Assembly (NCBI GenBank): GCA_038087875.1 | Contig: JAXLNO010000546.1 | Span: 124,001 to 188,000, forward strand | Direction of reading: 5' to 3' | Length of the DNA: 64,000 nt | From: Malacoraja senta | Lineage: Eukaryota | Shown: piece after piece, positions 57,300 to 64,000 of the stretch | Layout: each line of letters opens with the position of its first letter | How positions within the stretch are numbered: position 1 is the stretch's first letter | Translations under genes and position numbers: made by a program | The notes under the pieces: model-generated | Database searches by the model: none | The model's input: only the letters and a program-made list of their open reading frames with translations | Told to the model about the DNA's origin: nothing

Positions 57300-59590
57300 G
57301 GGGTTCTTTGGTGGGATTATAGGATGGCGTGTTGCCTCCCATAAGAGAGGATCCAGGACATAATGGAATGATTGCAGAGCATCCTCAAGCGTGATGGTGA
57401 GCAGCCGAAAGTGGTAGTGCATGTCGGCACAAATAAGGGGAAAGAGATTCTGCAGCGTGACTTTAGAGAGCTCCAAGGATGACGGAAAAGCAGGACCTCC
57501 TATTTGCTTATCTCCGGTTTGCTTCTAGTTCCTCCTGCGGCCGAGGGTAGGAACAGGGCGGTAGGTGTTCTGAATGAGTGGCTGAGGAGCTGGTGCAGGG
57601 GGCATGGATTTAGATTTTTAGACCACTGGGTCTGTTTTGGGTTAAGGGTGAATTGTACAAAAGGGGCGGGATACTCCTTAACAGGAGCGGGGGGCTGGGG
57701 GTCAGCATTCTGGCAGGCAGGTTTGCCACGGCTACACGAGCGGATTTAAATTAAATAGTGGAGGGAGAGGGGTAAGAACAAATTGGAAATACAAGGTTCG
57801 AGTTAAAGGGAAAGAGAGGTTAGGGAAAGTTCAGAAAAACACAGAAATAAAGGGGCAGTAAGACCACTAGGAGATGGGAGAGTATGGCCAAGCCAAATAG
57901 GAATCGATGTGAAAGATGAGGTGAGTAATGGATTAAAATTATTGTACATGAATGTTCGAAGTATAAGAAGTAAAGTGGATGATCTTGAGGCTCAGTCAGG
58001 GATTGGAAGATATGACATTGTACAGAGACAAGACTGCAGGAGGATCGGGACTGATAAATGAATATTCAGGATTATACGACCTATTGAAAAGACTGGAAGG
58101 TGGGCAGAGGGGTGGGGTAACTGTTGGTGGGGGATGAAATTCCATCCCTTGCGAGGGGTGACATAGCAACAGACGATGTAGAGTCGCTGTGGATAGAATT
58201 GAGGAATAGTAAACACTCATGCAATAGTAAACACTCATGCAAGGATACACTAATGCAATTTTGAAGAAAGGAGCGGGAGAAAAAACGAGCAATTATAGAC
58301 CATTTAGCCTGACACCGGTGGTAGATAAGATGTTTGGGTCAATTGTTAAAGAAGTTATAATGACGCATTTGGAGAGCAGTAAAAGGATTGATCCAGGTCA
58401 GCATGGATTTATGAAAGGCAAATCCTGCTTGACTGCTCTTCTGGAATGTTTTGAGGATGTGACAAGTAAAAGGGATGAAGGAGAGCGAGTGCATGTAGTG
58501 TATCTGTCTTTCAGAAAGCCTTTAATAAGGTCCCACATAGGAAATTAGTGGACAATATTAGAGCACATGGTATTGGGGGTAGGGTATTGACATGGACCGA
58601 GGATTTGTTGGCAGACAGGAAACAAAGAGTAGGAATAAACGGGTCCCTGTCAGAATGGCAGGCAGTGGCGATTGGAGTGCCCCAAGGCTCAATGATGGGG
58701 CGCAACTATTTACAATATTTAGTAATGATTTATGTGAAGGGATTGAAAGTAACACTAGCACATTTGCAGATGACACAGAGATGGGTAGCAGTGCGAACTA
58801 CGAAGATGCTGCTAGGAGGTTGCAGGATTGGACAGGTTGACTGACTGGGCAGATGCATGGCAGATGCAGTATAATATAAATAAATGTGAGGTTATCCACA
58901 TTGCCGGCAAGAACAAGGAGGCAGATTATTATCTCAATGCTGTCAAATTAGGATAAAGGGAAGTGCAACGAGACCTGGGTGTCCTTGTACACCAATCACT
59001 GAAAGTAAACATGCAGGTACAGCAGGCAACGATGACAGCTTAGGGCATGTTCGCCTTCATAATGAGCGGATTTGACTATAGGAGTAAAAAGGTCCTTCTG
59101 CAGTTGTACGGGCCTTGTTGAGACCACATCTGGAGTATTGTGTGCAGTTTTGGTCTCCTAATGTGAGGGAAGACATCCTTGCTATTGTAGCAGCGTAGGT
59201 TCACGAGGTCAATCCCTGGGATGGCGGGACTGTCATATGAGGATAGATTGGAAAGACTAGGCTTATATTCTCTGGTATTTGGAAGGGTGAGTGGGGATCT
59301 TATAGACACATGTAAAATTATAAAAGGAATGGACAAGCTAGATGCAGGAAAAGTGTTCCCAATGTTGGGGGGTCCAGAACCAGAGGCCACGGTCTAAGAA
59401 TAAACGGGAGGCTATTTAAAACTGAGATGAGAAAAAGTATTCACCCAGAGAGTTGTGAATTTGTGGAATTATCTGCCACAGAAGGCAGTAGTGGCCAATT
59501 CACTTGATGAATTTAAAAAGAGAGTTGGATAGAGCTCTTGGTGCTAGCGGAATCATGCTGCAAATGGCCTCTTCCTGCATCTATTTTATA
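57300..59590 (+). mobile_element. Degenerate, internally deleted CR1 LINE
   Basis: ORF1 esterase remnant (ISGLL.VP...RNR...LN.WLR.WC...GFRFLDHW), EN start, RT NYRP.SLT, QHGFMKGKSCLT, GVPQGS, FADD. Confidence 0.9.
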
Positions 59591-59779
59591 TATCTTTATT
59601 ATTCCAGTGAACGTAGACCGTAGTGAGAGGGCAGTTCGATCAGAAAGGCTGCAGACGATTTGCTAATAAGGAACATATTCTCGGTTGACTGGCAACTACA
59701 TGAAGGGTAGAAATACTATTTTTTTGTGCCAGCTGCAATAATTCTTGTCTTATAGCTTCTCAATATCGGCTTTATCACT

Positions 59780-59872
59780 CTGCAGAATGGTCTCAACCCA
59801 AAACGTCACCCATTCCTTCTCTCGAGAAACGCTGCCTGTCCCGTTGTTACTCCATCATTTTGTGTCTATCTT
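59780..59872 (+). mobile_element. Degenerate Penelope-like pLTR fragment
   Basis: ctgcagaatggtctcaacccaaaacgtcacccattccttc..., related to 18995-19084; ribozyme core mutated. Confidence 0.6.
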
Positions 59873-60147
59873 CTACTTTTTCCCTTGTTAATGAGGGATA
59901 TACAATGTAATTTGTTCTCTGACGCATGTTTGCTGATCAGTCTTACTCAGGTGCGGGTTGTCATGCACTATGATCGGGCGCCTCAGTCTCTAGTCGGCAA
60001 TATACCCGTTGTCATTATGTATGCCTCATTTCTGCTCACGGATGCATACAAAATGAGGACGTTCTGTTTTACACTTTCTGCTCACTTGGAGTTCAGTGCC
60101 GTGCCAAAATCTGATGATGTCTACACCGCCAGTCCTAGTTAACAGAT

Positions 60148-60871
60148 TCCATCGGGTGGCGCCACTGCGGTAGCTGCTTCGCCAACAATCTGTCAGTCCC
60201 GCTCTGTTTTTATTAGTGTAAGTATATTTTTAAAGTAGGATTCAGTGTTTCTTGGTTTGTTTAATGTGGGGGGTGGGATTCAGGGGAAATATTTTTTCGT
60301 CAGTTACGTCGACGGAGATGCGATTTTTCGCCATGAGGTATCTCCGCCCCCCACCCTTGCGGACCAACAACGTGAGTGGTGTGGCCTTTCCTGAAGACCG
60401 GCCCGGAGCTTCAAGCCGCAGGCGTGGTGCGGAATTACCATCGCGGAGCCTGTGATCCGTTGCCGAGGAACGACAGCAAAAGGGCACCGACCGCGGTTTC
60501 TGTGGACTTTAACACTGTGAATCATGGTCTCGGGTAAGAAGTGGCCGACTCGGGAGCTCCCTGATGCGGCGTGTTCTGGTCCGTCCCGAAACCGGCGTTT
60601 CGACCATTCCGTCGCGTGTGCTTGGACATCGGATCGTCGGCAGCGGCGAACTGCGGAGGGTGCAGCCACGACCACGGGTGACCAAAAGAAGAAAATGGCT
60701 GAACTTTATTGCCTTCGATCACAATGAGGAATGTTGCGGTGGATGTTTATGTTAAATTTTATTTTTATGTGGCTGTGTGTATTGTTGCTTTTCACTTAGT
60801 ATGGCTGTATGGTAAATCAAATATCACTGTCCCTTAATTGGTGCATAATAATAAACGTGAACTCGAACTCG
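60148..60871 (+). mobile_element. GC-rich non-autonomous retroposon with Rex1-like tail
   Basis: 7-bp TSD AACAGAT at 60141-47 and 60872-78; tail atatcactgtcccttaattggtg...aataaa(gaactc)n. Confidence 0.75.
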
Positions 60872-61711
60872 AACAGATAAACAATCCTCTGCATAATGAG
60901 ACACAGACACGTGGCTGTCGTAAAGAATGAGAACTGGGGCGATACTTGTCCAGTCACTGGACGTATTAATAATATCGTGCAGTATTTGGCCCGTGGGTTT
61001 CTGTGCCTAGATTATTCTGGCACTTTTCATGGTACTTGTTAAATTATGCAAGCGAACCGCTTCCATCACTTCATCCAAAATTATTTTCTCTGTAATCACT
61101 ACTCCCTGAGTGAAAAGTTTCCACCGTAGATCCGATCTCTTAACTTGCCGAACTGCTCCCTGGCGAATAGTTTACTTCTGAGCAATAGAGTCTACCTACC
61201 ATTACATTGGACATCCGAATCATGTTCACTCTTTAACTTCGTTGTAATAAAAATTAACTGCTCTCGTCTCTCCTCAACAGTGAAACAGTCCATTCCACCA
61301 ACATCTTGCACGTTTTCCGATGGTACCACCTATTCCTACACTATGATGGACACTGAATTTAGGCTGAGATCTGGTTCATATTTTATATCATTGCATCAAA
61401 TACTACCTGCGTAAACACAAATAAATGCCAGAATTCCATATCAGATTTCGCTACATGCATCTCGACCACGCATCTTTGTACGTGTCTAACAATCTGCCTC
61501 TATACTTCAGATATTCTAATGTGGCCTAGCAGTTCTTTACAACAGGTAGGTATAAAACATAGGAAACGTGGCCAAGCTGTTCACGAAGTAGTGCGTTATC
61601 CAAACCCCAGGTCTGACATATACAAGTATTATTGCACGAATATGGTCCATCAGGCAATAACCGCAACGAAGGCTTGTCAAGAAGTGATTGAATATATATA
61701 TATATATATAT

Positions 61712-61735
61712 AACAGGAAGTGGTCAAGATGACAA

Positions 61736-61801
<66 letters not shown>

Positions 61802-61825
61802 TTGTCATCTTGACCACTTCCTGTT
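61712..61825. repeat. Perfect 114-bp palindrome centred on (TA)n
   Basis: aacaggaagtggtcaagatgacaattttaat-(TA)n-attaaaattgtcatcttgaccacttcctgtt, no spacer. Confidence 0.95.
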
Positions 61826-62494
61826 TGCACTTCATATTGATATTAGAAAAAACGCTACTACTTAAGACTGTGATTTTTGGCCAATTTACTCAGAGTCCCC
61901 CTCCGCTGCGCAGTTATAAGTGTATTAAAAATGTTGAGATTCTACTTCCTGTCAATCACCACCATGGCCATACCCTTTCCGGTGGGGAGAGGGAAGGGAC
62001 TATAAACCCAGAAGTGTGGGCGTGGCTCAGTCTCCGCAGGATGGGGAGGGAGAGGTCACCTTACTGACCTTGCACCCTGCTTGAAATGGTATGAAACTGC
62101 TTTTGAATTAGGTGGACTTAGACCCTTTTTAAAATTGCATGAAACTGCTTTTGAATTTGGTGGCCTTGCACCCTGCTTGAAATGGTAGGAAACCTCATTT
62201 GAACTTGGTGGCCTGCATTCTGCTTGAAATTGAATTTCTAGGAATAGCCGTTAGTCAACTCCCAGCCCACCAGGCTTGACTGACTGAGCTGCCAGCCAAC
62301 GAATCCATTTGGCCCACAATGTCCATACTAGCCCTCTGGAAAAGCAGCCCACAACACCCATACCAGCGCTCCAGCAAGTCCTCCCCCCCACTGGCCACCA
62401 ATATTGTAATTGGCGGAGAAGTGGAATTGGCGAAGCGTTGGGGGACCAGCCCTCCCGTGTGGACATGGGACCCAACGGATCCCACTTAGTCTTT
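61790..62494 (+). mobile_element. Short Helitron-like element of the same family as 9345-13539, with only ~3.5 48-bp monomers
   Basis: 5' module matches 9817-9930; monomers 62068-62230; 3' module matches 13250-13539 with hairpin tgggaccc-aac-ggatccca (62466-84). Confidence 0.7.
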
Positions 62495-62969
62495 TATAAA
62501 ATAAATGTGTACGCTGCGACAGAGTGAAGCATGGTGGACATTGATGGGTGGCAATATTTTATACGTCCACAATTGATGTGATAAGAAAATCAAGGTTATT
62601 CTGCCATTCGATGGCGGCTGATCTATCTTTCGCATTCACTCGTTCTTCTGCCTTCTACCCATAACTCCTGTATCCGAACAATCAAAAATATATATCAATC
62701 TGCGCCCTAAAAATATGAATTGACTTACAACCTTCTGTGACAATGAATTCCACATTCACCACCCTCCAACAAAAGACATTGGAGTTTCCTCCAAGCGCAT
62801 TACATTTCAAGTGATCAGTCGTGACTCTCACTGTATTACTTGAGTGGTCAAGATTAGAGGTCATCAGTAATAAACAATCTCGACAGCAGACAAAGAGAAT
62901 TCAATCAGGGCCGTAGCAATTCAACGTATTTTTCAAAAGCTCAAACTCCGCGAAAGAAGTAGGCTGAAG

Positions 62970-63350
62970 AATGGATGCAGAGAAGATTTACGAGGATGTT
63001 GCCAGGACATGAAGGCCTGAGCTATGGGAAGAGGTAGTGCAAGCTGGGATTCTTGCTAGGAGCGCAGGGGAAAGCGAATTTGTCTTTTTGGTGTGTACAA
63101 AACAAAGGATTAAGGAGAGGTAGGAAAGGTTTAATGGGAACCTGAGGGATAACGTTTCACGCAAATGTTGGTTGGTCTATGGAAAAAGTTGCCAGAGAAG
63201 ATCGTTGAGGCAGGTGAAATGGCAAAGTTTAAGAAATATTTACACAGGTACAAGGATAGAACATGTTTCGTGGGATATGGGCCAAATGCAGTTAGGTGGG
63301 ACGAGTGTAGCGGGCCATATTGGCCGATCTAGGCAGTTGGGCCATATAGC
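62970..63350 (+). mobile_element. Highly decayed CR1 3' fragment
   Basis: tgcagagaagatttacgaggatgttgccagga...gagctat resembles the QRRFTR.IPG region of CR1. Confidence 0.6.
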
Positions 63351-64000
63351 CTATATCCATGAGGGAATACTCAATGACTATGATTCCATAGCTCTAATCA
63401 TTTAAGGGAAGATGGTCGAACCTCATAGAGAGTGCACTGAACTCCTGGAACTCAGCGAAGACACATGCGACCAATCCCAAGGGGAACGGATAGCGGATGA
63501 TACAGATAGTGCTTTGACCAACTGTGTGAGTGTGTGTTTGTGCGTCCATGTGCGTGTGTGTTTATGGGCAGGGGTATCTCGAGCCGTGCATGTCATCTTT
63601 TCAGTAATATTCATTTCCGATGGGGTGGCTGAGGAAATAACGTTTCATTCAGTGCAGAAAATGGACAGTCGACGTTTCGAAATGAAGAATGATTGTAATT
63701 TTAGACCACTATTCCTTCGCCGTTATTCCTTCGCTGTATTTACTCGTTGTTTTTTGTTAATTTGCCCGATTTTCTCCATAAATGGAAAAATAAATGGGTG
63801 AGCAAATGCAATGACGAATCTGTTCGTCAACGTGTCTGTTCATCTGGAGAAAGTCCAATTATCGAGCTGTGATGGGAATAAGTATGTGTGTTCTCATTCT
63901 TTACAACAGGGGTCAACGACAGAAGAGTCTACGTGAGTGCAGGCAGTTTTCTTATTAATTGGATCTGCAAACACATATATCAGTGTTGCAGAATAAAGAA

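Noticed and set aside
59608..60141. Possible exons or ORF in unique-looking sequence
   Set aside because: Stops in all frames after the acceptor-like site and no recognisable protein motif.

Overview
Eukaryotic, transposon-dense vertebrate DNA. The repeat families resemble those of cartilaginous fishes such as skates and rays (inference). No rRNA, tRNA or CRISPR features and no complete host gene were seen. The first ~44 kb is a giant inverted duplication (1-23514 vs 24130-44253, possibly extending past the window start) centred on a 200-N assembly gap. The arms differ by SNPs, small microhomology indels and one young L1 insertion with a 415-bp target-site deletion. Each arm carries nested L2, CR1, SINE, Rex1, Penelope-pLTR and RTEX retroelements, two head-to-tail Helitron-like elements (one holding a ~3-kb 48-bp satellite with 9-mer/16-mer higher-order structure), and the 5' exons of a candidate secreted-protein gene missed by the ORF track (TATA, signal peptide, RFAR convertase-type site) pointing into the gap. 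38621-57189 is an old DIRS tyrosine-recombinase retrotransposon that was internally tandem-duplicated. It now hosts a younger, structurally complete DIRS (gag, RT/RNaseH/methyltransferase-like, YR, ITR/ICR), and its filled and empty sites show integration through an ATT core. Smaller signals include a minimal hammerhead ribozyme core in a Penelope pLTR, a covarying hairpin shared by three non-autonomous retroposons, and a perfect 114-bp palindrome. Family assignments come from motif recognition by eye, not database searches.
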